Origin: Paragordius varius
Taxonomy: Eukaryota > Animalia > Nematomorpha
NCBI GenBank assembly: GCA_964247055.1
Contig: OZ176052.1
Location: 8,556,001-8,620,000 of the forward strand
Length of the DNA: 64,000 bases
Direction of reading: 5' to 3'
Part shown: piece by piece, positions 12,069-25,804 of the stretch
Numbering within the stretch: position 1 is the stretch's first letter
How the letters are laid out: each line of letters begins with the position of its first letter
The notes under the pieces: generated by a model
Database searches by the model: none
The model's input: only the letters and a program-made list of their open reading frames with translations
What the model was told of the DNA's origin: nothing
Translations under genes and position numbers: made by a program

Positions 12069-13906
12069 TTAATGTGCTTTGTGTGTTACTATGTTAGATA
12101 AATTGATATTATCCCTTGTATGAGATCTTTTAAGTGTTTTTGGATGCCTGAGCATTGATGAAATGTTTGTGTATGACAAACTGTTTTTTAAATTTTTTGG
12201 TTTTGGATTTTTTATATCAGTAGGTGTATTAATTGACACAGAATATAAATTCTTTTCCGAGACAAAATTATCATTCATTTCATCCGTTAAAAACGATTTC
12301 CGAATCGTGGCAACTGGAAAATCATTTACATATATTTGAGGTATATTTGAAGTGGCATTCGTCTTTGTCATATTCGAATTTCCACTTTTATCCTCGGTGT
12401 TTGTAATATTTATTGCAACGGCAGAAGGCAAAGGTACTTGTATATTTTTGTTTGGATTCTCACCATTTAAATGTTCTACAGGCTGCGATATTCTATCTGA
12501 TATCCTCTTAGGCGTGGAAGATGCGAGATCGGCATTGAGTATTTTTAAGCTTTCTTTGGACATGTACACGTTAGTGTATCCATCCTGTGATATGTTTGCC
12601 AAAGTGACTTCATCGAAAGCATATGAAAGGTATTGGGGATAAAACGTATAGGCAGTATACAGAGATACACCAGCAGCTACACATATGCAACCAGTGGCAA
12701 AAACCATCCAAAAATTCCAACCATAATGGAGCCGCAACACATTCGTTTCGAGTATCAAATTTTCGCTGTAATTAAAAGTAAATTGGGTGTCGTTTCGATG
12801 ACTGAAACCTAAATCGATTGTCCCATACTTGGTGGACAAATCCGCAATGTAATAATTAAAACTGGCCAACGGTGAGATGTTAGATATGGAGAAAACGTAA
12901 TTTAAATTCGATGCAAGCATTAGTGTACCCAATAAAATGGTTCCGATCGCCGCTTCATATATCATAAATTTTAGGTAGAGTACAATTGTTAATAAAAGTA
13001 CGGGAATAGCAAGGTGAATCAATCTTTCTGAAATGTAAGCAGCCGTCCTAAAATTTGAACACCAGGTGAATTCAGGACCCGAAAAATAGAAATGAAAATA
13101 GCCATTAGATAAGTATTCGGCCATATTAAGGAGAGAATGTGGCCAACCAAATGTCAAACCTTGTTCATAATTAAAGGAACACGCATCTAGGCCCACAAGA
13201 GATAGTTGTTCATTAACACCAAAATATTTTTCATTTAGTTGATTCAAATGAACAATGGAAAGAATGTGACCGTTTCTTGCTATGATAGATACATTGATGG
13301 TGGATAAACCGATTTTTATGTTAAAAGTTACGTAAATATCATTTAATTTTTCTTCAGCGATGGTGGACAATGTTTTGGTTTCGTTGATACTTTGATTAGT
13401 ATTGTTAGTGATGGATTTTGTTATATTCCAGGTAGTGTTATTATCTATCACTGTGACTTGATCTATTGTATTAGTATGAATTGGGATATCCAGGCGACCA
13501 GATACCCAATAGTTGTGTGTCAAAGCACAAAGCAGAACAGCTCCAATGCAAAAACCAATAAAAATCTGCACATATATCATAAAAAGGATATAAAAAATAG
13601 TTTTAAGTAAGGGTTATTACAAATTAAAACAATTTATAATCCAGTAAATATATTTTTTACAAAAAAATGTTATAATTATTCCGAAAAGCTAGCACTATAC
13701 AATAATTGTACTACCTTAATCCAATCTTTGATGACTTTATTTTGAAGGCCTGGTAAAATAGCTAGTAATGCAATCAAAATGACAATTATAATTAAATCGG
13801 AGGCGATATCTTCAAACGCAAATATTGCTGGTATTCTGTGTTCAGTAAATGGCCTCACGATTTTCCATTTATCAGTTCTATTTAAAATAGTAGAAAAACT
13901 ATCCAT
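12069..13906 (-). CDS. DUOXA: Dual oxidase maturation factor (DUOXA/NIP family), 2 exons, ~562 aa
   Basis: Exons 13715-13906 (MDSF...LLAILPGLQNK..WIK) and 12069-13565 (IFIGFCIGAVLL..WVSG..IGLSTINVS..QLNE..GWPHSLLNMAEYL..), joined by a 149-nt GT-AG intron. Motif order and hydrophobic segments match the DUOXA family from memory; there is a long hydrophilic C-tail. Confidence 0.8.
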
Positions 13907-15314
13907 TCCCAATCTTTTGGCATGTGAAATTAGAATGTTTGACTCCAATGTATACGCGTAAAAAGAATCTTACATATTGTATATTAAGATAATTTGTTGA
14001 CGAAGGAAAAGTATGATACGACATACAATACATTTTTAATGGTTACATAGTATTATCTCTTCTCACCTATTAGTATGTATTTTATTTATTTTAGCCTGAC
14101 ATTAGCCTTTGTTTAGAGAATATCAACTTTATTTATTATATTAAGTTTATTTTAATATAATCTATATAATCCATTTTTTTAATATTTAGTTTATAGGTCC
14201 GGTTCTTATTAAAAATATTTTATTTAAAAAATAATTTTGGCTAAAATAATTCTTGCTCAAAGATTTGTCCCAAAACCCATGTCTTAGTAAATGGTCTTAA
14301 TTTTGACTCTAATTCATATATATTATGTACTAGGCCTTCTAAAATACAAACTATAAAATGCATGCTACTTTTGTCTAAAAAATCTAAACTCTTTACGGTT
14401 AAAATAAGTTAAGGGAAAATTAAAAAATGAATTGCGATTCCGGTTTAAAAACCGGTTCCGAAACTGTTTTGCCAATGTTTTTGCTTCCAACTTGATTCGA
14501 AAACAAGCTTTCATCTTTTAAAAATTTTGCGAATTGGCTTTTTCCAATGCCACCATTAATTCTCTGTATCTTTTATTTTAAACACCATCCACCCATCTTA
14601 ACATGAACATTCCCTTTTTTATTTTTCCTTAAATATTTCACAAAATCAAGGCTTTTGAATATCGTTTTTCTCATGTCTTTTTGCCAGTTTTATGATATGG
14701 TGGCAATCTTTCACAAGTCTTATATTATTTCTTACCAAATCCTACCCTTTACATTTAACATCGTCCTTACCTTATTTAAATGCTGCATTTTATCTTAAAT
14801 TGACGCTACAATAAAGGCCATTCATTTACAATTTCCTTGGTTTTTATCGTAATTTCACAATTTCTACAGCTAACCGCTGCATTAATTTTTGCAATAGATT
14901 TAGATGGGCTCCAACGTTAAAATGAAAAGCTTAAAAAATTTGTTACTATTCTTAACATAATAAAATGCTTTCAAAGTTAATCTTAAATTAACAACAATAA
15001 AGTCCAAAAACCATATAAATTTCAGCGTTAAGATTTTAATATTAATAGAAATGCGGCTGTTTTGGGTTTAAAATATATTTTGGTTACTTAATATACCAAT
15101 AAAATTCTACCCCTTACCCTCCCTCCACAATGTGTCCTCTGATAAACCATAGTTCTGGTATTGTCGACAATATAAAGTTTATAAAAAGTAAATTTCAAAT
15201 TTTTATAAGTTGTTTGCTTTTTATTAGCTAAAACAAATATTTTTAAAAGTATAATACATTTATTGCCATATACATTATATATTTTTTACATTTAACATGG
15301 TTCTCAAATGTCTA

Positions 15315-18300
15315 CTAATTCCACCGATTTTTTACAAATCTGATGATTAATGAGAATAAAATGGAGATTAAGCATACAAATAAAATGAATAACATATTAT
15401 CACGATTGTTTTCGCCGTTCAGTGTCAAAACTTGGTTCTTACCGGTTTTAGCAACATTGAAATGTTCATAAAACCCAAATAGGTAACCTGGAATATATAA
15501 GCGATTACATTCATTAATTTTAGTGACTGTCATATTTTTGATGATAAGGATTCCATTAATTTTTACAGGATATTCTGAAATGTGCCATTTAGTTTGACAG
15601 TCTTCATTTTCCGAATCAGGATAAACATCGTCATGTGTCGACGTATAATTGTTATCAGCCATAAATTCGTCATTTGTTTTATGATTCAGTCTACCGGTTA
15701 AAGATGTTTTGCCTTTATTTCGTTTGATTTTTAGCTCATGGTATAACATACCATGGTATGTGTTAGCTATAATTGATAAATCTTGGGGTAATGAAATTGC
15801 ATTTTTAATTTTTCCTTTTTTCCGTAGTTTATAATTTAATTTGTTATTTTCTTCATCCTTCATGGGGTTCATATAACTTATATTTAGGTATAAATTATTA
15901 TCATTAATCCACCAATTAGTCCATTTTTTGATCCGAGGTACATTTTGATTACACTTGTTGAGTATGGAACTGGTAGATAACATGAGTAGGAATATAAGAA
16001 TGATAGAAATGTATAAAGGTACCTTAACCATTTTCATCGAGTAAATTGAAGCCCGTGCTGGTATGGTTGATTTAGGTGGCAAACTTTTATATTGATAATA
16101 TGGTGAACGACGATTTCGATTAATCGTATAATCATTTTTAGGCATATTAGTTGTTGAATGATTTTTCCACTGCTGAATCGAAAAAGGGGATCCATGATGA
16201 TCTCTTAGCTTGTTGGGCATGAATGTAAAAGCGGTTATGATATGACTAATTGAGTTACAGGTAAAATATAAGGCCCATAACGACAGTAAATACATTGTGA
16301 AATTTGATATGGATGGATAAAGACTCGAGATCCAATACAATGGAGCAGCAAGTAAAATGGTATAAATGCCGAGAGATGTGGATTCCATAATGTACTAGGT
16401 TAAGCATGAGTTATATATGTAAAATTATAAAAATATATACTTGGCTTTTTATACGGCAGTGTAAAATCTGTTAAACATAAATCCCATATTTTTACTAGTG
16501 TAATTAGTTTTTGCAAAAATTAAAACGATAGAATTGTTTTAAATAAATTTTTCATTTCCAAATATCTTATCATTAGCCATATTTTTTGAAAAAAATCATG
16601 AATTAACCAATTATATCATATCAAGTGAAAAAAATTAACCGATAATATTTGAAATGGTATCCAAGGGAAAAAATGATTGTTCAGGGCAGCACTAAATGTG
16701 ACCATATTCTTGAATCCTAAAGTAATAAGAAAAGCGTTTAAAATCTGAGAATCGGCAAAATATTTTTGAAAATATATTAAAAATATAAAATTATATTATT
16801 ATAATAATTAGACTAAGGAAATTTACAAGTATTGGTTTAAATCGATTAATTTTCGAACACTAAAAATTAAAAAAGTATTTTGTAAATAGCAATGTTAATA
16901 AATTATTATTTATTAATATGTTTTATAAGTACTGTTTGCCACACGGTATATTATTTATGTTGTTTAATTGGCAAAAAATTGACATAAAAAATATCGTATT
17001 GTCCGATTTTTACCCTTAATGTTATTATGTTTAGGGTTTAATTTCATATATGTTACAATAAAATTATGTGATTTTCAAATAAACCTGAATAATTTGAACA
17101 AAAAATTATTCACGACCACTGCTAATTATATAAGAAAGTCTTATTTAATTTTTTAACCTTTGGTTTACAGCACTTTCACATTAGCCAATGTTTATAAAAA
17201 TGGTTGTTTAAAATACTTTTTTAAACGAAATGTATGGTCGTAATTATATACTTTCATTTATGGATTTGCTGATAAAATAAATTGGAAGGATGGCACACAG
17301 TGTAAAGAAAATTCCCATTTTATCTATCACAGATATACCATGAACTTTGGTATCGTAAAATACCTAACAATAATAAATAAACCATATAAATAAATTTTAT
17401 AACGGTTGAAAATATTTGATAACTATATTTGCAACGTTAAAATAAATTAAAAAATGTCATAACACTTTTATACATTTATATTGGATAAATTTATAAATCT
17501 TACAGTTCCCAGTGTTAATGAAAGGATAAGCATAAGTATGGAATCACACAAATACGATTTGACCATGTTGATTTTGCGTTTGTAACCTTGAATTATGCTA
17601 AAAAATATAAATTAAAATATTTAGGATCGAACAAACATTTTCCTAAAAAACTTTAAGAAACCTTCATTTGATTCAAAAATTATAAGAAGATACTAACAAA
17701 ATTTTATCTTATTATGATATTTAATTTTAGCTCTATTTAAAATTTATTTGGTGATATATTGAGTCTGTTATAATTTTTAATAATATCAACTTGCTTGGTG
17801 AAATAAAAATAGATATTTGAATACAAAACCCTTTTAAAATACAATTAAATTGTTAATATTGGCTAAAAATTAAAGTTTATAAGTTTGTCTATATTTGTCC
17901 TACAATAACTCAAAAAATTGAAATCGATCATTCTTTTTAATTTTTCCAATTTTGTTAATAGTTTTAATTGATAAATAATGTGTAACTACTTTTAAATGAA
18001 AATTAATTTGTTTCAAAAGGTTATATACATAAAAATTATGGTCGAATTACAGTAAAAATTGGAATTATACGGACAAAATAAAAATATTAAAGACAAATAT
18101 TTTTTTCTAAAATACAACCATACTTTAATTTTTTTTAATTATAACTCATTGTTTAAAATTGCAAAATATATAGAGATGTATATTGGTAAAACAATCAATT
18201 TTATATTTTACAGTGGTAACTAAATAATTTATATAAGAAAAATTAAGGTAAAAAAAGTATGGTAAAAAAATATTTGTCCTTGTATTTTTATTTTTCGTAT

Positions 18301-21300
18301 AATTTTAATTTTTACTAAAAAATATTTATAATACATATAAAATAATTATATAATTTTTTGAAACCATTAAGACATGGGTTGTGGAACCATTAACAAATAT
18401 TTCTTAAATATAAATCATTTTTAATTATTTATTTTATATTTTAATTTTATTTTTTACGTTTGACAAAGATTACTTGTCCTAATCGAAAATTTATAATAAT
18501 AAATTCATTCAATTTTAGATGAATTATAATGCAATAATAATGTAATTAAATTTTTTAAAATAAAGTCAAATTGTTAGTCTATATTTGTTACACACTTATC
18601 GGGGGGTTCTTTTTTAATAAAAATAATGAGCATTGAGTGTTATTGGTTATAAATGCATCCATGAAACCGCTTATAAAAATCACCATTTAATAACTATTAA
18701 GTATGTAACATATTAAAATAAAATCTGAAATTTAAAATTTTATCAATTTTTTTGAGTATTGCTGAAATTTATAAAAAGAATATTTACTATATCATATGTG
18801 ATATTAGGGTGAGGTAGGAGGTTTTTTCAGCATATGATCTTAAACTTGCGTTCAAATAATTGAATGGATGATACTTATAAAATTGATTCATTTCATCTAT
18901 GACGGATGTGTTTATGGTCGATAGGCATTTGGAACAACACAATTCCTGTAGTACTTTTAATCGTTTTATCGATTTATCAAACGATTTAAGTGAGCTGTAA
19001 TCGATCGTGGCAAAATCAACTGTAGGAAATATACAGTAAAAATTGAAAATATACGGACAAAACCGGAAAAATATAAAGACAAACATTTTTTTTTTGAAAA
19101 AAACGCTTTACTTTTAAAACTTGATTTTTTTCAATGTAACTATTATAATGGAAAGTATGAAATTGAAATGTATATTGGTAAAGCGATCAATTGTGTTTTT
19201 TATAATTGTAATTAAATGATTTGTATAGGAAAAAAATATGGTTTAAAATCTTTTGAAAAAAAATATTTGTCGTTATATTTTTACGTTTTGTCAGTAAAAT
19301 TAAACCAAAAAAATATTTTATTAAAAATTTGGTTGAAAATTTACTGTAAAAATCACAGGGATTCGTATTCACTGGTAAATGGTAACCGATAGAATTAAAA
19401 TATGGAACCATGTTTCTCGTTGTCCCATAATATACCAAACACCCATGGGACATTATCGCTACTAAAATAGGCGACAAAATGTAAAATTTATTTTTTATTT
19501 TTAGAGGCACCCATATAAATTAAAGCCTCAAAATTAAATTAATTTAACAGTAAGCTTTCAATTAGTTTTTTTGTGAGATCCATTAATCAAATGTTAAAAG
19601 TGATGTAAAATTTAATTTTACAAAACTATTGTTAGGGGTTATGAAATTATATAATTTCAAATTTATATTAAATGCCTGAATGTTGAAAACAAAATCTTCT
19701 CCAGTCCATTTCTTTCCATTATGTGATAAAAAAATTAGCAAATATTTTCGTATTTAAGGTGCGTTAATTATTTATACATTAATTGTTAGATTTGTAATAA
19801 AAAATATTTAAAAAATACCAACAAATATTGACTTACCCTTTTTATAATTTAAAAACGTTGAGAAAGGCGGATTTTCCAATTTGACTAAGACAATTTTTCC
19901 ATATCCGCACAATTCTCTAAGGAAAGTTGTTAAAAACTGTTGGGTTAACATATCTAAGGTTTCTTCTGGTTCTTCAATCATCAATATATCTAATCCGCCA
20001 CCATATAATAATTATCACATATTTATAAAGTATAATATGTATAAAATTTTGGAAATATTAAATGTACCTTTATCTAATAACAATTTGCAAGCAATTTTGA
20101 GTAGGAAATATTGAGTGGATGAAAGGGTGGAAATAACACAATGTCTTTGATTGATTAATTGTAATTGATTCAAATATTTTTCAATCTATTCGTCAATAAA
20201 CAATATATAAAACATGCTTGTTTCAAATAATAATAAATATCCTATAAATCACGATATATATGGCAAATTTAAAATACCGATTCTTTTAGCAGGAAATCGT
20301 GAATAAGACCATGTATTTTGGCATAATATATAAGCATTTCTTCCACTGTTAAAAAAGATAAAAGTTCGTCTTTATTGGCTGATACGTGAGATATGTGACG
20401 ACATAACATTCCTTTGTTGATTAAATGGTTTGAAATGTAAAATTTGCCAAAAACTTTGGTATCATTGTTAAAATCATAATGTTTGGGGCTTTCATTACTT
20501 AAAATGTTGAAGACAGAATCAATACCCGAATCTATAAGTAGGAAATATGAAATGATTTTATAGCAAGGTAGCTAATATATCTATATATAGGACTGCCCCC
20601 TACTCTCTCATAATGAGACTTTGATGTAAACCACGCTTATAAACTAAGGAAATCATGCCGACTATCAAAAATTTTTTAACTTTAGAATAGATAGATAGGT
20701 TTGCAATTCTCTTCTGTATATTTTCCCAGTAAGTGTTTTGGACCCCTCATCAAAACCCAAAAACAATTAATTTAATAATTTTAAATATATTTGTATAATT
20801 ATAATTAATATTACATATTGTTTAAAAAACCGAATATAATTGAAATTTAATAATTTAAATTAAAATTTTTTAAATTAAGAATCAGGATGCGGATGTTTAT
20901 CCATGTATTTTTTTAAAAATTGTGATTATTCTAGAGAGGGGTTTCACTTGTAAAAAGCGTTATCATTACAATAACATAAATGGATAGTAAGTATTTTATT
21001 TTTAATTAAATGGAAACTTAGTTATTCATATCCGGATTTCTGTACATAACTTTAATTCTATATTAAACCTGCGTTCCCCAAAAACAACATAGATTCCCCT
21101 TCATTTACTTCGAAGCTTATGTTATCTAGCAAGGTGTTTCGACAGCTGTTAGCTTTTTGGGGTTTTAACCAACGTTTTAGCTTTTCCCGAAAAGAGTTTT
21201 CATAGCATTCCAAAACCAGTCGATGAACAGCCAAACTTTTGGAATTAACATCGATGCAGGTTGACAATGGATCGGTAGTAGAAATAAGACTATCTTCAGT

Positions 21301-22689
21301 CCCAGATATTAGACCGTTTTCGCCCAGGGAAGGTGTGATGCGAAAATCCCTAATTTTGGGTTCATTTCGTGGGTTATTTAAATTACCTGTAGCGTCTTTA
21401 TTCTCCGTATTGGTGCGATTTTTATCATTGGGTATAGTTTCCAAATCAGGATCAGGATTTGGACGATTTTTTAACTGTACATTTGAATTGTTGGTTTCTG
21501 CCACTTTTGTAAAGAATTCACGTCCGCGGGCATAAGCCATTTTTATGTCTTGTTTGGATGTTAGTGTTTTGTGAGACCGATGGAATGTCGTTGTGCCATT
21601 TTTGTGCTGCCGGTGTTTTTCCCCTTTAGAGAATTTGTATTTGGATTTGATTGATTTTATATCTGTGTCTTGCCCGTTTTTCTCATTGGCCTGTTTCAAT
21701 TTTTCGGCCAGCGATTGAGGTGTGTCGGCCCAAGGTGTCAGAAAATCATTGGAAAGCACAGATGAATGTTTATAACGTTTCATTTTATTTGCGTATCCAC
21801 GGTCTCCGATAGCGGCGATCTGCAATGAGCCCATATCATCAAGCTCAATCGAAGAAATATTTTCAGAAGTTTTAACTGAACTACTTGCTGTGTGTGATAA
21901 CATGTGCCTGCTTGTTTGATTTTTAAAGATACGCATATTTTTTGTTGTTTTATAGTCCAAACCTTTTCTCCCCCTTACTTTATGTTTGTAATGATTTGTG
22001 TAATTAATTATATTTTTTAGTACACCCTTATAATTGGATGATGCAAAGTATGATGTGCAAGAAGACCAAAATCGTTGTTTAACGCCTAGGAAAAAACTTT
22101 TTTTATTGCATGATTTACCATTAAAGTTTCTAAGGTTACGCCTTTTTCGGCGATATATGCTATCGTCCTCTTGCTGTTGCCAACATTGGTAAAATGGTGA
22201 GGAATATGTATCTACTGTCTGAATGGATGATTCAAACGAACGATATTTATCAGTACGTGCTATCGAGTTTAATATACACAGTGTTTTATTCGATGATCCA
22301 TGAATTGTCTGATGAATATTTCTATCATTATCATTATCATTGTTGTAAAAATCTATAAATTTGTTGTCGGGTTCGATAGTTGGTGGGACATAAACTTTTC
22401 GATTAGTTTGAAAGTGACGAAAACTTGTCACAGTTTGGCTAGATAAATTATTATTATTTGAAATATTATTATTATTTGAAATATTATTTGTAATATTATT
22501 GATTGCTGTAGTATTAACATTTTTACCAAAACATATAGCGTTTGTACTAAAATTTGAAGAAAAGTTAGGTGTATAGGATGAAGTTGATGATTCTGACAGT
22601 GTATCAGTCACGATTGAGGAATAATAGGAATAGGTTGGACATAAAATAGTTTTTTCTGATTCGAAGGGTACTTTTTTGTTGTAAAACAT
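15315..22689 (-). CDS. ABCG-family (ABCG5/8-like) half-transporter with degenerate nucleotide-binding domain, ~1285 aa, 10 exons
   Basis: Exons 21069-22689, 20278-20531, 20068-20185, 19837-19989, 19345-19461, 18788-19019, 17504-17597, 17252-17363, 16640-16716 and 15315-16394; all GT-AG, all phases close (3858 nt). ABCG hallmarks: LLDNISFEVNEGE, LTVEEML, IMSHGCLVYYG..MVPYFNSIGY..PVNTNPCDFYIDFATID, then a TM domain (LGTVFY..IDKMGIFF; PLYWISSLYP; final TM LFILFVCLISILFSLII). An additional upstream exon cannot be excluded. Confidence 0.85.
18048..18316. mobile_element. Tc1/pogo-like MITE in an ABCG intron
   Basis: TA|CAGTAAAAATTGG..TATACGGACAAAA..AAAGACAAA with an imperfect inverted copy ATATTTGTCCTTGTATTTTT..CGTATAATTTTAATTTTTACT; a second copy lies at 19032-19296. 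Confidence 0.5.
19032..19296. mobile_element. Second copy of the Tc1/pogo-like MITE, right end truncated
   Basis: TACAGTAAAAATTGAAAATATACGGACAAAACCGG...ATATTTGTCGTTATATTTTTACGTTTTGTCAGTA. Confidence 0.5.
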
Positions 22690-24343
22690 GTCTTAATTTT
22701 ATTAATGCGTTTAAATGTTGTTCATGGGTAATAACATATAGTTGATATTTATGATTAGGAGTTTTAACTAAGATTGTACTTTCAACTAACATTCTTATCA
22801 TCGTAATAAATGGCAATTATAAAAATATTTGTTTTCATATTAATGGTGTGTTTAAGAATTGAAGAAACAATATTTTTACATTTCGATAATCAATTGAAAT
22901 TCAGGTGGAAGAAACACAATAAGAAAGGAAAAATATTACAAAAATGTCGATTCCAATTTAAGAATATATAGTTTTTCAACAATAAAGGAAAAAGTATTTT
23001 CACACTTTCTCTATCTATGTTTACTTAATATTTTTAAATATTTAAAGGTACAAGATAAAGATAGGTCAAATTTTATATATAGATATGTATGTAAATGGTA
23101 CATTTCATTTTCGATTGACACTAAAATTTCAAAATCATACATTTGAAAACAAAGAGCTATTACCATTCATCTCAACATATATAAATATAATAATAGTATG
23201 GCCATTTATTTATAGTTTTATTACTTCATACGAATGTAATTATTTCGAAAAACTACATTAATATTAAATTTAAAAACATATGGATATTATAAGCTAAAAG
23301 TAATAATTATTAAATAGACGGTATTTGTTATCATATATTAGCTGTTAATTAAAAATTATTTAATCTAATTGATCATCTAAAAAATGGTAATACTATTTCC
23401 TTCCAGTGATATGATCAAACCTGCGTCCAATATTGATAAACATTATTTCTTTCATAGGTGAGTCATATCACACGTGGTTACGAGAATCAAAAAATGTTGA
23501 TTAAAAAAGGATTTAGTAAAAATAAAGTTAATAAATTATTGGCTTTTATGTGCATATACCTAACAGTAATGTGATCAGAATTTCGAACTTTGACATAGTA
23601 CAAAATTAAAACATATTTTGCCTGTTTTTACACCATCGGTGTGGTATATTACACAGTTTCCACAATAATATGATAAAATATTTATATTTGATAGGAAAAT
23701 ATCAGGATTATCATGGTGCTTTTGGTTTTAACCCTTACGAGTTATAAAGAAAGTATTTACACTTTTGTGGGTTTTTGGCTCTTTTAAAATGGAGTTTTCT
23801 TAAAATAAACGCATAAATTCCGACATTGTGCATTAATTTTAAATATATGCTAAATTTTGATATCGACTAAATATATTTTTAAAAAAATGCATTTTAAAGC
23901 AAAATTTTGTTGAAGCGTACTTCATACTATTTTAAGCATGATGGAAACGATATAAACGGTTGAGATGTTATACCATTTATATATATAATTCGATAATGCT
24001 AAATATTTTTCTCAATCACAATGATTAAAATATTCGTTCGTTTTCAAATTTATGTTAAAGAAAAATTGTGTTTTTTTTACAAAATTCACCGAAATATGCA
24101 AGCAAATAAACAATTAAATTATTAATCTGATTGTTCAACATCATCGAATTATTGAAAAAGGTTATTATATCTTAAAGCGTTATACCGTTTCCATCATGCT
24201 TCAAAATCGTTAGAAATACGCTTCAACAAAATATCTCAAATATGTTTATGCAAAAAATAAGAAAGAAAATTAAAGTTTTGGAAAAAAATTAAGTAATATC
24301 ATAACTCCCACTTAATGAGTATTGAAAACGTAAAAACTCTTAA

Positions 24344-25312
24344 TCTATATATTTATATGGAAAATGCTGGCTTTGTGATCTGGTACCGCCGGTAGACCCA
24401 TTTAAATCCAAAATTCGAAAAAATATAATCATTAATGAATGCCCCGACAATAGCTTCGCCCTTTTTTGGAATTAGATCCCCAGTTTGGGCCCACCCCGTG
24501 TGCAAAACGGGTTTTTTTGAAAACACAAGTCCACAAAAATCGTGTCTTTGAGACAATTTTCTGGAGAACGTGTTGGATCATTCAATTTCAAATATGATTT
24601 TTCTTTACTTATTTTCCATTGCGCTGAACATAGTCGTCTCGCTTTTTTAATTTAGGCCCTCTTTTTACCCGCTCCCCCCGTAAAATGCCATTTTTTCAAA
24701 AAACAAAGTCCACAAAAATAATTTTTAAATCTATTTTTCGCCCTAGGTATGAGACCGAAAAATTCAATATGGATTTCACGTATTCCCTGATAAAAGGCAA
24801 AAATTTTAGTCAAGAGTTTCTATGATGATAGCTGCTGGGCAAGGAGCTACCCGCTAAAAACTGATTTTTCACTTTGTGATCTGTTTCCGGAAAACCGGTG
24901 AACCCAATCAAATCCAAACATCGAAAAAATATAATCATTAATAAATGTCCCGGCATTAGCTTCGCCCTTTTTTGGAATTAGGTCCCCAGTTTGGGCCCAC
25001 CCCGTGTGAAAAACGGGTTGAGACAATTTTCCGGATAACGTGTTGGATTCAATTTCAAATATGATTTTTTTTCACTTATTTTTGAACGCGCCGAACATAG
25101 TCATCTCACTTTTTTAATTTAGGCCCTCTTTTTACCCGCTACCCCTGTAAAATGCTATTTTTTTCAAAAAAAACAAAATCCACAAAAATAATTTTTTGAT
25201 TGTTTTTTTTTGCCCAAGGTATGAGACTGTAAAAAATTCAATAAGGATTTTTCGTATTCCCTGTTAAAAGGCAAAAATTTTAGTCAAGCGTTTCTTTGAT
25301 GATAGCTGCTGA
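24344..25312 (+). mobile_element. Non-autonomous Helitron, 5' part with an internal ~500-bp tandem duplication and no 3' end of its own
   Basis: A|TCTATATATTTATATGG 5' end at 24344; the unit restarts at ~24870 (CTTTGTGATCTG); absent from the related host copy at 63.8 kb. Confidence 0.65.
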
Positions 25313-25381
25313 GGATGCAGTATCTATCATATGCATAGGATGTTAAAAAATTTATGTATAATAAAATATTATTTATGGTAA

Positions 25382-25804
25382 TCTATATATTTATGAAAAT
25401 GGAAAATGCTGGCTTTGTGATCTGGTACCGGAAAACCGGTAGACCCATTCAAATCCAAACTTCGAAAAAATATAATCATTAATGAATGCCCCGACAATAG
25501 CTTCGCCCTTTTTGTAATTAGGTCCCCAGTTTGGGCCCACCCCGTGTGAAAAACGGTTTTTTTTTTGAAAACACAAGTCCACAAAAATCGTGTCTTTGAG
25601 ACAATTTTCTGGAGAACGTGTTGGATCAATCAATTTCAAATATTATTTTTGTTTACTTATTTTCGATTGCGCCGAACATAGTCGTCTCGCCTTTTTAATT
25701 AAGTCCCTCTTTTTACCCGCTCCCCCGGTAAAATGCCATTTTTCCTCCCCCCAGAAGTCCGAAGGACTTCCTCGGGCTGCGTAGCAGCACGAGATTTACG
25801 CTAG
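25382..25804 (+). mobile_element. Complete short non-autonomous Helitron
   Basis: A|TCTATATAT 5' end; 3' hairpin CTCGGGCTGC-GTA-GCAGCACGAG, 7 nt, then CTAG|T at 25801-25805; no TSD. Confidence 0.8.

Noticed and set aside
12069-13906. DUOXA without an adjacent DUOX gene
   Set aside because: Head-to-head linkage is a vertebrate feature and unlinked copies are normal in invertebrates.
14410-14930. Coding-looking minus-strand stretch with a CxxC motif between DUOXA and ABCG
   Set aside because: Multiple stops in all frames and no motif I can assign.
15315-16388. 357-aa ORF as a standalone membrane-protein gene
   Set aside because: It is preceded by an in-phase acceptor (CCTAG at 16395) and supplies TM3-TM6 of the ABCG gene.
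19020-19348. MITE apparently creating an intron (introner-like), because TACAGTAAA overlaps the donor
   Set aside because: The MITE's right TIR breaks off ~50 bp earlier, and from memory ABCG5 has an intron at this position, so the overlap is probably coincidental.
23457-23478. AP-1 (TGAGTCA) and E-box (CACGTG) pair upstream of the ABCG
   Set aside because: Short motifs with no independent evidence for a promoter here.
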